A stretch of DNA of 54,622 nucleotides, the filler included, from Sluysia triapertura (taxonomy: Eukaryota), in the NCBI GenBank assembly GCA_046118255.1. It is 4 parts of 4 records of this genome, joined end to end, with 100 filler letters (N's around TTAATTAATTAA, not from the genome) between each part and the next. Parts side by side here need not be neighbours in the genome. Positions count along the whole stretch, not along the records: positions 18,848 to 30,435 come from JBJNIA010174585.1; positions 30,536 to 42,171 come from JBJNIA010182624.1; 2 more parts are not named here. One strand, given 5' to 3'. Both the position numbers and the translations under genes were made by a program. The notes under the pieces are model-generated. The model had not been told where the DNA came from. It saw only the letters and a program-made list of their open reading frames with translations, and ran no database searches. Numbering within the stretch: the stretch's first letter is position 1; each line of letters begins with the position of its first letter. Shown here in pieces: positions 27,609-37,994 of the stretch.

Positions 27609-29215
27609 CAGGATAACTTCATATAAGGATTACTTTATTATCCGGATCATAATTTTAAAATAAAATGCATGATTAATTAATGTTCCATCAGTGCATTAAT
27701 AATTAGTTTTCCGAGAAAATCTCATTATTATTCCACATTCTTAATATCAATTTATAATGTCTCCACGAAGAAAGAGAGTGGTGTTGTCATTGAATGATAA
27801 GTTATAAATTATAAATCGTCTTGAAAAAGTAAGACGATAGATTACGGTGTTGGGACATCGACCATATCCGAAAAATAAAGATTCTGTGGTAAAATTTGTA
27901 TCATCCCAAGACAATAGTGATGTTCTACAAAACGGAAAACTGTTAACAAGCCAATCAATGATAAAGTAGACAATGCACTTTATCAATGGTTTTTACAGAA
28001 ACGAAGCTTAATTCAACCTATCTCAGGTCCGTTATTGTAAGCTTTATATTTTAACAAACAAATTGACAATAGTGACAGCTTTAAAGCCAGTCAAGGATAT
28101 TTAACGAAACATTGGAGCTAGAAATCCACGGAGAACACTTTAATCAGACTTTGCTGCAGCGGAAAAATTCAAAACTGATTTTAACTCATTTATTGTGCGC
28201 GAGAAATGTGACAGAAATTTTATCTATTATGCTGATGAGTCTGGCTTATATTTGAAAGCTTTTCCTAACATGTCTCTGGCATCAAGAAATGAAGAGAAAG
28301 TTCCTGGGTATAAAGTAAGCAAAGATAGGTTTACTATAATTGGATGCGGTAACTAGACTGGACGCCATCAGCTCCCGTTGTTTTTAATTGGAAAATCAAA
28401 AAGCCCACGAGTGTCTGCCAATAGTCAAAACAGAGGATGGATGAATTCTGCTACATTTATTCATTGGTTTGAAAGAGTTTTCATTCCTGGCTTAGAAACA
28501 TTAGATAATGCACCGTCACACCATCTGAAGATATTTTGAATAATATATTCCACCAAATGTTACATCAATCCTTCAGCCAATGGGCGAAGGTATAATTGCT
28601 ACGGTTAGCTAATTATAGTAAAGATCTTCTTCGAAAGTTTTTGTTGCGTGACGATTATGAAGAAACTGATTTATAGCTTTCCAGAGTAATTAGAATAAAA
28701 GATTGTTACTATATGATAGCTGAAGCATGGAATGTGGTGGCAGATATAACTTTACTCAGTTGTTGGAACGGACTAATTGTTGGAAATGATGTTTAAAATA
28801 GTATCAAATAGTAATGAGATATTTGATATGAAAGATGTAGAGGATAATTTAGTAGGCTTGGTAAAAAGAGTTCCATGATATTCTGACTGTAATTTGCTGA
28901 TAGAATGTGAGTGGATAGAATGTGATCAGTTTGATTCTGGGTTTCAAGTGCTAAATGATGATTAAATGGTTGAAATTATGAAATTATCTCACTACATATA
29001 ACTATGTGGTAGCTCGAAGCACAAGCAGAGTAAGATCCAGTGCAATTGCTTTGCTTTAGAAGAATTCAGGATTTAGCGGCCGACAAAAGATATTCCTCAT
29101 TAAAGCAAAATCAATAACAGATTATTTCAATTAAAAATCTTTCTAGGGAATACATGTTTTCTCTTAGAATTTATTTATCCATTATCCAGTTCACCTGTGG
29201 TCCCGAGGTGATTAC
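27609..29215 (+). mobile_element. pogo/Tigger (Jerky-like) DNA transposon, decayed
   Basis: CENP-B HTH KVDNALYQWFLQKR..PISGPLL. DDE_1 motifs YADESGLYLKAFP, GYKVSKDRFT, TGRHQLPLFLIGKSKSPR, GWMNSATFIHWF, LDNAPSH, PPNVTSILQPM. Starts TA|CAGG; right end degenerate. Confidence 0.9.
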
Positions 29216-30435
29216 ATATGGACCAAACATAAAATTCCTCATTTTTTATACAACTAAATAACTAAATGAAAAAATTAATTTTAGATAAAATACACTCGAG
29301 CAAATTAAAAAAAGTAATGAGTCTCATATTAATAAATTAATAATGCTAAATTTAAATGTTTAAATATTTTATTGAACTTGCAATTTTATTAAAAATTGAT
29401 TATTTTGTTTCGTTTTGATTTTGTTTGAATACTGCTTCACCAATTTTGAAATATAATAATTTACAATTTTAATGATGTAGTAATTACTTTTTACTCGGTT
29501 CTCTTATAACCTATGACCGTATGATGAGCATCCATATAGGATTTTTTATTATTGTAATGTATAATTTGTAAATAATCAATCAATTCAAATCGATTCAACG
29601 GATGAAATTAATTTAAATAGTAATTTAATAATTTCTCAATAAAAGTAAATTATTTAATTTAAATTTAATTGAAAATAGTTTAATTTTTTAATAAATGCAA
29701 ATAATTTAATTTAAATAGTTTAGAATAAATAGTTTAATTAAATAAATTATTCATAAATAAATTTATAATCTAAGTAGTTTAAAAAAATAATCTAAAAAAG
29801 AATGTTTATTATTTACATAAAAAAATTGAATTGTAATCTTGAGAAGTTGTAGAAGTGAATAATAGACTCCGATTAAATTGAAAAGAAATTAAGGCATCTT
29901 TACGAAGGAATTTTCTTGACATCTTGTGAATACGTATTCCTTGGGATACAAATCGTATATCACAGGCGAACCCATTTAGTATTATAATTGTACTACTAAT
30001 TGATAAAAGTAGAAGAAAATAAATAATCTTTTCTTTTCTTAACTTAAATAAACTGCTTTCTATTATTACAAAGTAAATAAATGCTTGAGTGCTTTTAATA
30101 ACAATTTAAGAGTGTGTAAATTTTTCTTTTAAAAATTACTCTCTGTAACAAACAAATACAAATGCAAGAAGAAACTTTTCTTTGAATTATCTTAAAATAA
30201 GTCGAGTGCTTTTACAGGGTCTATAACTTTTACTTGATCTTACTAACAATCAATTGCCTATGAACTTTATCTTTCAAAATATCAAATAAATGTAAGCACA
30301 AACGATCATACGAAATTTTATTATTATTATCACTATTATTATTATCATTATTATATCATTATTATTATAATTATTAATACTATTATTCCTATCATTATTA
30401 TTATTTTTATCATTATTATCATTAGTATTATTATT

Positions 30436-30535
30436 NNNNNNNNNNNNNNNNNNNNNNNNNNNNNNNNNNNNNNNNNNNNTTAATTAATTAANNNNNNNNN
30501 NNNNNNNNNNNNNNNNNNNNNNNNNNNNNNNNNNN
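30436..30535. other. Assembly gap with artificial six-frame-stop linker
   Basis: 44 N + TTAATTAATTAA + 44 N. Confidence 0.97.
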
Positions 30536-30580
30536 TCCCTTCATACCATTTAAATCAATAAAAAAAACCTAATATTTAGA

Positions 30581-30612
30581 AATGGGACTCTTATTTTCGG
30601 ACAGAGGGAGTA
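30581..30612. mobile_element. Stowaway-like (DD39D mariner-like) terminal inverted repeat; rest lost in the gap
   Basis: AATGGGACTCTTATTTTCGGACAGAGGGAG|TA matches the Stowaway right end (...TATTTTGGGACGGAGGGAG|TA). Confidence 0.55.
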
Positions 30613-30660
30613 TATTATATAAGCTTTTATTTATAAAGTTTCATTATTATTATAATCTTC

Positions 30661-30700
30661 ATTACTGGTTCTATTACTGGTTCTATATTACTGGTTCTAT
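30661..30700. repeat. Three tandem copies of ATTACTGGTTCT
   Basis: Read directly from the sequence. Confidence 0.85.
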
Positions 30701-30950
30701 TATAATCTTTCATTTTATTATAATCTTCCTCTAATCCTTAAACTTATTTTTTACAATTTGTTATCATTTTATGTATGATTTTATTAACGAACAATTATTT
30801 GTTATGTGAATTTTCAATTTCTGCTAATCCACTTACATTCTTGCATCTAATGGTTAAAACTTTAAATTATTGCTGCATAATAAACTGTATTATAAATCAG
30901 TGTCACGGTGATTTAATTAATTTACGATAAATATTTTCTATCAATTTCAG

Positions 30951-31411
30951 ATATTCCACCAAATCCTATAATATTTCCATTGCCAAGTTTAAATGATAGA
31001 TATCGTGCAAGTGTAGAAATTAAAATTAATATAAAAAGTCAACAGTGCTTACCAGCACTTAATGATCCACTATCTCTAGAAAGAGTGCGACTGGAAAATG
31101 AACTAATTGTAATAATGGGAACTTATCTTGAAAAAAGTGGACTTAAAATGACAAAGCTTATAATGAAAATATTAGAGTATGCAATTTATTATAAGAAATA
31201 TAATTTTGTAGATCGGAACAATGTCCAACTTTATTAATTGCTTTGGACCTTGCATCTCAATATAAACGAAGTGGCGATAGCATAAAAGGTGTATGTTCGT
31301 CAGCACTGAACAGTGGATATGGATCAAATGCAGTAATTTATTCAAGTATTTGTATTTTATAATAAATATGTATTATATTCATTATAGTACAGGTAAATTC
31401 CTATGAAACTG
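30951..31411 (+). CDS. SEA-domain repeat protein (mucin-like), exon cluster 1: 30951-31176, 31212-31345, 31388-31411
   Basis: GT-AG introns of 35 and 42 nt join an uninterrupted frame: IPPNPIIFPLPSLNDRYRASVEIKINIKSQQCLPALNDPLSLERVRLENELIVIMGTYLEKSGLKMTKLIMKILE|SEQCPTLLIALDL...|IQVNSYET. Pattern resembles SEA (L.DP.S.E...L...I). Confidence 0.6.
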
Positions 31412-32009
31412 GTTAGATTTTATTTGAAATTGATTAGAAGAAATAATTTTAACTTTTATTTTGTAGTTCAGCAAAATTCTTTATCATACGTTAATAAATT
31501 TCTCTTACGATAACAATAAATTAATTTATTGCTTTTTACAGTAATTACTTAAATTCGTTTATTTTACTTTTATAAAGCAATTTTATTATTCTTATTTATT
31601 TACGAAAAGGTTCAATATCATGGAATTTACTTAGGCATAGTGCGTGACAGTGCAATCTTTGATATTTAATTTAATTTCAAAATCTCAATTTTACAAACTC
31701 GGAAAATCAATTCAATACACAAAGATTTATTATCAACTAAATTTCAATAACAAAATGTTTTATATTTATTTACTAAATTCGTTAATCAGCAATAGAAAAA
31801 AATAGAATCCAACGAATACAACTGATGAATACCAAATATTAAGTATCAAATGTCAAATAATTTACAATAATTTGCAATAATTTAATAATTGCAAAATTCA
31901 TTTCATTCCTATTGGTCACTCACTAGTATAACTATACTGAGGTAAAGGCCTAAAGTTCCATTTAAAATAATAATAGTATAATTGACTATAATAAAAATAA
32001 AATTAAAAT

Positions 32010-32085
32010 GTTAGACTGGAATGCTAGCTTAGTGGTCAGAGCTTCGAACTGCACAATTGAGGTAAGAGAGCCCGGTCAGTCTAAC
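32010..32085 (+). pseudogene. tRNA-derived relic or SINE head
   Basis: A-box-like TAGCTTAGTGGTCAGAGC and an enclosing stem GTTAGACTG...CAGTCTAAC. The T-arm/B-box is destroyed, so this is not a functional tRNA. Confidence 0.3.
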
Positions 32086-32480
32086 AAATACATATTAGTT
32101 TCAGTTAACTGAGAATTCAAAAAGTGATTTTACAAGAGTCTTATCAATTTTGGAATTTTTATTCGATCCCATTGTTGTCGCCACATTGCATTTATTCCCA
32201 AAGCATTCTTTTTGGAGGTATTCTTCAATATTACTTAGTAAGTTTATATTTTAAGCTGATTTGACACATTGATCAATGTAAATCCTGAAATCAATATAAA
32301 ATAATTTTTGTAAACTTTTACGCGGTTTAAAGAAAATTAAGATCATTTTGAACTAAATAATCTCTAGATAAAATTAAAAGCCAAAAGCTTTGTTTCAAAT
32401 TCTTTCAATAAATTGTTTTGCTTTGATTAACTTCTGAGAATTTTCTTGAAGTTTTGTTTTATTATTTGTGGAATTGCTTA

Positions 32481-32800
32481 CAGTAATTCCCCTACAACAC
32501 GATAACGCGTTTTCATATTACACGATTTCGTGTCTCTCGTACAACGCGAATAAACATATAATAAAATTGTTTTTGGAATTTTGTAATTTATTTGAAATTA
32601 ATTGTTTTTTAGTTATATATGTATAAGTTTTTTATTTAAAATGTTCTTAGTTTGATTTTAATAACACAGTTTTTCTTTAATATTCGATTTAAACCCCATT
32701 TAACGAGCAAAGTTAAACGTGAGTCATTTGTACATAACGTGTTAAACGAGAATACTCTTACAACGCGTTTTTCTATAACGCGGAACCAATCAACCGTATT
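32481..32800. mobile_element. pogo/Tigger-type MITE remnant
   Basis: Starts TA|CAGT, with repeated (AT)AACGCG/AACGCGTTTT motifs at both ends of the segment; right TIR truncated. Confidence 0.4.
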
Positions 32801-33328
32801 TTGTTAATTTTAGTTTTATTTCGATCTTTGATAAAAATATTAATTTCCGATACCAGTAAAATCCAACAATTTGTTTTTTTGCGAATATCAAATATAACAA
32901 ATGATTTTATATTTAGATTTTCTCTTTGTCTTGTAATGTTTTTTTTTCTTGTATGTAAGAAACAGTGTTTTTTACAACGCTTCAAATAATCAAAGATCGA
33001 TTCTATCCTCATCATGATCGATCATAATGAACTGAGATTATATAAATCCAAGTCAGAACATATAATTATTGAAAAGACTTAGAATCAAATTAAAAACACG
33101 AAATGCATCACTCAAATTATCATTACAATCAGAATCGATTGTAAAATCTACAAGAACTAGATGTTATTCAAAGGTTGGCCTTCAAATAGAAGTTACAAAA
33201 ATTGGAGTTTATAATAAAATAAATTAATAACAAAATGTACACGAGAAGTCATAAGTTCGAGAAAAGTCCAATTAGAAGTTTGACCATAAACTTAACTTAG
33301 CATATTTGATTATTTTGAGTCCTTATTA

Positions 33329-33423
33329 CGCTCAAACCTGTTTTTATGCGATTTTGTATTTGTGCGTTTTTTTGCGATTATGAGATCGCACAAATAAAAA
33401 ATCGCATAAAACAGGTTTGAGTG
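33329..33423. mobile_element. 95-bp palindromic MITE with TA target duplication
   Basis: TA|CGCTCAAACCTGTTTTTATGCGATTTTGTATTTGTGCG ... CGCACAAATAAAAAATCGCATAAAACAGGTTTGAGTG|TA; ~37-bp near-perfect inverted arms. Confidence 0.8.
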
Positions 33424-33569
33424 TACTAAGAAATTTGCTAATAGATCTTTGAAAGTCGTTGAGGAAGTATTTGTAATATTCAAATAAAGAATAAAGAAAA
33501 TACGGAATACACGTAGATAATGAAGTTTGAAAATAATAAGCTACATCGCACACAGAAAGATATCAAAGA

Positions 33570-34690
33570 TGTGTTTAAAAATTCTTTATCAAAGGTGTAA
33601 TTTGAGTTGTGATTGGGAATGTTTTGCTTATTCCAGCGAATACAATAACGTCATCAATAAATCCTGTTGGTGACCTGAATATTCAAACGATTATTCATTT
33701 TATAACAAAAATGACAATAAAAACAATAAACATTTTTATAATAAATGATGATCAAAAGTTAAAAAATAAATAATCATAATTCATTTTCTCCAATTCCAAT
33801 GAAATTGCCGCATAATCCGGAGACTTTATTTTGATATTTAACACTTAAAGATGATTATCTTTCCAAATCTAAAGTTAATTCTGGTGTTACAATCACATAT
33901 TTCATTGTCAAATCATATTTCTCTATTTCATGTTTATCTACTGTCAAAGGCCATAATGGATTATTGCTCATGATTGGTTGAGTTCCACGAATAAGATGAA
34001 TTATTTTGTCTGAGTAATAAAATTTTACTGATGTGGCACATTTTGCTTCTGTTGTAACATTTTCAATCCTAAATGATCTTTCGAGTACAATAATCTTCCA
34101 TAAACACAACTGATAGCAAAATCGAAAATTCTTTCACCGAAATTATTCCACCCCATTTTTTACAAATCGAAGGACAGGTTTTTTATTCAAAACTCCAAGA
34201 TCCATTAGTACAGCTATGCAGAAACTTCCGTTGCATTTCATAATACAGTTTGATGTGGATCTAGTTGAGATTAATCATTATGAGAATTTCGAGATTATTT
34301 TTCTTTTAATGTCCGTATTATACTACTTTAAGAAAAACTATTTTTATTATTCAAATTTTTCTTTCGTAGTACAAGTATTTAAGTATTAAAATAATAAAAA
34401 TTAACTTAATCACTAATATGAAATATTTAAAAATCGCGATACCTATAATTGAAATAAAATTAAACACTAAAAAAATACAATATTGATTTATTTTGAAAAT
34501 AAAATTTAATATTTATGATATAAAAAATCGATATTATAATAGTCAACAAAATTAAATAAAATGAACATTGTTGATCCCAGAGTGGATGCAATAATAGCAG
34601 TTCATTTAGTAATTTAACACTATTTATACCACAATTTTGTTCTAAGCGTATTTGTTCACCAGGTACGTATATTTGGATCTAGGATGAGCT
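33570..34690 (-). pseudogene. VWD-domain (gel-forming mucin/VWF/otogelin-like) gene relic
   Basis: Manual translation across frameshifts and stops: YVPGEQIRLEQNC (TILa-like), SCTNGSWSFE*KTCPSICKKWGG, IFDF, FRIENVTTEAKCATSVKFYYSDKIIHLIRG, and the VWD hallmark LSVKYQNKVSGLCGNF at ~33800-33850. Confidence 0.75.
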
Positions 34691-35269
34691 GAATGAAAAT
34701 TATACCGCTAAATAAATTTAACATGGTTAAACTTAGAAAATAGTTTCAAATTAAGCAGAAATAGTGCTAAAACCATATACGCTTATATCTGTATTCGTTA
34801 ATTAGTTCTTATCAATGTCTATTTTCCAATTTTCATGAAAGTTATTACAATCATTCAACTTATTATGCAGTAATAATTTTTTATGTATGTAAAATTACTT
34901 TGTACTCCACACCATATGGAGCTTTATCTATGACATTATCCGTAACTCCAGAAAAATGTGGTTTACTAGTTGCTGGTAGCCTATTGCAATAAGATGATAA
35001 TAAGAGTGTCATTAACACTTCATAAAATTCAAATACATTTTATTACCACCAATAGTAGTGAAATCTGCTTCTGAAATGGATTGCCCAGTATGTTCTTATT
35101 CTTGCAGTGATTGCATTAATTCTTGATTGTATTTTTGTTACCATTTTACGCTCATTTTTAATAATTTTGAATTTATTTCCCAGTTCTGAAAATTTGACTA
35201 CAGTCTTACTTTTACATCACTAATTTCACCAATTTATTCTCCAGTAGTTGTAGCTATATTTAATTATAT

Positions 35270-35955
35270 AAGACCAAACGGAATATGGATATACTCGAAG
35301 AGTCCAAAAGGTGTGGTTACTACAGTCTTCGGTATATCTTCAAGATTTTGGTGGTATACCTTAGCTAAATCTACAGATGAAAATATGGAACAACGGGTAA
35401 ATCGGTGTAAAATATATGTGGGTATTCGTCAGGAATTACGACTTTATTTATTCATTCGGTAGTCAATACCTATTCTGATTGAATCATCTTTGTAAGAGTG
35501 CTGCCAAAACAAGAGGATGAGCGCCGCAAAATTCCCTGTTTTTTCATATCCAGGAATTCTTATTCTGATTGTAAAGATCTGTGGAGAATTCTTTAGCATA
35601 TCGAGATATTTCTGTTCTAAATAAGTTAGAATGTTATCTTCGTTGATATATTTATGATCTAAACTTATGTGATGTCTATCCTTTCAATTGTACCAAAGAA
35701 ATCAGATCCATGTATTGGTTGATTGGCTGTAGTTTGAATTTCAGTTGCTATCGATGACCTGTTTGCGTTGTCATTTTGAATAAACTCTTTGGAATAACAG
35801 AAGCAACAGCACCAATAAGTCGGGGATGAACAAAATTTTCGAAAGTGAATATTGACAATAATGCCACTTCTTTCGGTTTAGTGGCTATAACCGATGGGTT
35901 GGCATGATTTTCAATTTTGTCACCTGTGCTTCCAGACAGCACGGCTTTAACCGCA
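35270..35955 (-). mobile_element. Ty3/Gypsy pol fragment (protease remnant plus RT N-terminal half)
   Basis: IGAVASVIP (degenerate DTGA.VS.IP), EFLDMKKQGILRRSSS and IFSSVDLAKVYHQ..EDIPKTVVTTPFGLFEYIHIPFGL. Confidence 0.85.
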
Positions 35956-35959
35956 GAGG

Positions 35960-36915
35960 GTCCTCAATTAAATTGAAATAAATTTATATGTAATATAAAG
36001 CGTCACTCAGTAAATGAGTATTATCTGCTGCACATACTATTCTTATCAAATCTATAAAACTAAATCTTAAATATGCTGATACAACTGCATCATGAACGTT
36101 ATTAAGTTTATTATCATCTTTTATTATTTTCTAATTCAGCTTTTTGAAAACATGGCATTTCAGATTTAATTGCATCGACGAATTCTGTAACATATTTACA
36201 AAATTAGTTTTTACTAAGGTGACACTTATATTGATTCACATCTATTGATTCAAATACTAAACAGGTTTTTTAGTCATTACCGAATTTAAAATGAGTATCG
36301 GTTATAAAATGAAAATCCAAAATCATTATTAAATTTCTCGATGGATAATTATTTCATTTTTATTTTATTGTCAATACAATGATACTTATTTAGATAATAA
36401 TCCATGATTTTTAGTATTATTTTATTATTTTCCATAAATGTACGAATTACAGGTTCGTTGAAGTATTCAATTTTATCTATTTTTTCTACAATACATGATT
36501 TATCAATAAGTTTATTTTTCTCATCAAAGAACAAAATAATGTTAGCGGTAAAAGTAAATTTTGTCACATTAATGTTTTACTCTGCATTATTCTTTTCCCT
36601 GTCCAATTGAAATTTTATAAAAATTATGAATAAATCCCATCTGCCAAATATTTCTATTGGATTATGATAATCCACAATGAACATGCTAGCATTATTTTCT
36701 GGTTGAGTGAAATAATGAAAATTTTCATAATGAACAAGTTACCCTTACATTTATACCATTAGAGTTTCTTATATCCAACCCATTTAACGAGTAACTTTTT
36801 TTCTTTAGTTTCTAAAATTGATTTACTACAATAAATTATCGTTTTTCAGATAAAATCTGAAATTCTTCTAGATAAAATTTTCCTTGTACCTTCTCTCGAT
36901 CGTCATCTTTTAATA
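35960..36915 (-). mobile_element. Maverick/Polinton fragment: integrase C-terminus with chromodomain, followed by minor capsid (penton/PX) relic
   Basis: ILKDDDREKVQGKFYLEEFQ (LKD..GE.I.G.FY.EELQ motif) and SILETKEKKLLVKWVGYKK (chromodomain) at ~36755-36915. Then PENNASMFIVDYHNPIEIFGRWDL (penton N-terminal P.N..S.F...L..PI.L.G.W motif) at ~36630-36705 and YFNLIED near 35965. Stops and frameshifts present. Confidence 0.75.
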
Positions 36916-37258
36916 TACACATATATATTATACATGTATTATATTATACATATATACAAATATATTCATATACATACATGCATAATTAAGTGCAAACCTA
37001 AAATTTAATCCATTACTACACTTCCCATTAATTTTTTAAACAAGATTTGTCCAAGTTTCATTAAATCCACCCAGTGTAATTTGAGTGTGTTAGAAGTAGT
37101 AATTCGAACTTTAACCTGTCCAATCTATTCTAATAATTAGTGTCGTCATAAACTGGTACACCATTAGCAACATCAGAAAAGGAATATTTAATTTTATTAA
37201 TTAATTTAATTAATTATCTTATTACTATGAAATGAAAATTAATTATTTGCAATTTTAG

Positions 37259-37925
37259 AACGATATCAATCAAAATGCTATATGAAATTTAAATTTGATT
37301 TCACGTATTATTCTGACTATGCCAATCGAAAATCGACTAGATTTTTGAGATTCCAACAAGAAATATTTGATAAACTATTTTCACCATTTTTAAGAAAAGG
37401 TTTCAGACTTATTTATTTAATTATAAATTCAATTGGGTTAGTTATTTTTTAAAAATATATTTTTGATTATATTTAGAGTGGATATGAATATCAATATAGA
37501 CTTAAATGTAGGTTCGGAAACGGAAATAAAAAATGTAGACACTTCTATACGTGATGCAACTATCTCAACTTATCCAAAGAGTGATATTACTGTTATCGTC
37601 AACTCTACAACCATCATGCGTAAATTTAAATTTTATTTTTGTTTTTTCTATAGTTTTATATTAATTATAACACAAATTATGTCTATTCGATTATTTTAGC
37701 AATTCTTTATTCTCCAAATGTTCTTCCAAAGCCGACAGACACTGACATCTATCGTAGTATTATATCAATGACTGTTGAAATGATAAATTACACGTATACA
37801 ACTGAATTAAGTACGATGTATTCACAAGAAAATATCAAATTCATGAATTATATTCTCGATCGTATGTCAGCAAGTTTTAGTGCAAAAAATGTGAAAATTA
37901 TTCAGTTTAAAATTAAAGGATTCAA
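37259..37925 (+). CDS. SEA-domain repeat protein, exon cluster 2: 37259-37436, 37477-37619, 37700-37925
   Basis: GT-AG introns of 40 and 80 nt, with phases 1->2->1->2 all compatible. RYQSKCYMKFKFDFTYYSDYANRKSTRFLRFQQEIFDKL... and YRSIISMTVEMINYTYTTELSTMYSQENIKFMNYILDRMSASF...VKIIQFKIKGF are SEA-like and paralogous to cluster 1. Phase is compatible with splicing from 31411. Confidence 0.65.
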
Positions 37926-37946
37926 GTTGGTTCATTTCATTATAAA

Positions 37947-37992
<46 letters not shown>

Positions 37993-37994
37993 TA
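37947..37994. repeat. (TTA)n microsatellite
   Basis: Read directly; explains the poly-Leu in ORF 37768-38064 and lies after the 37925 splice donor. Confidence 0.95.
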
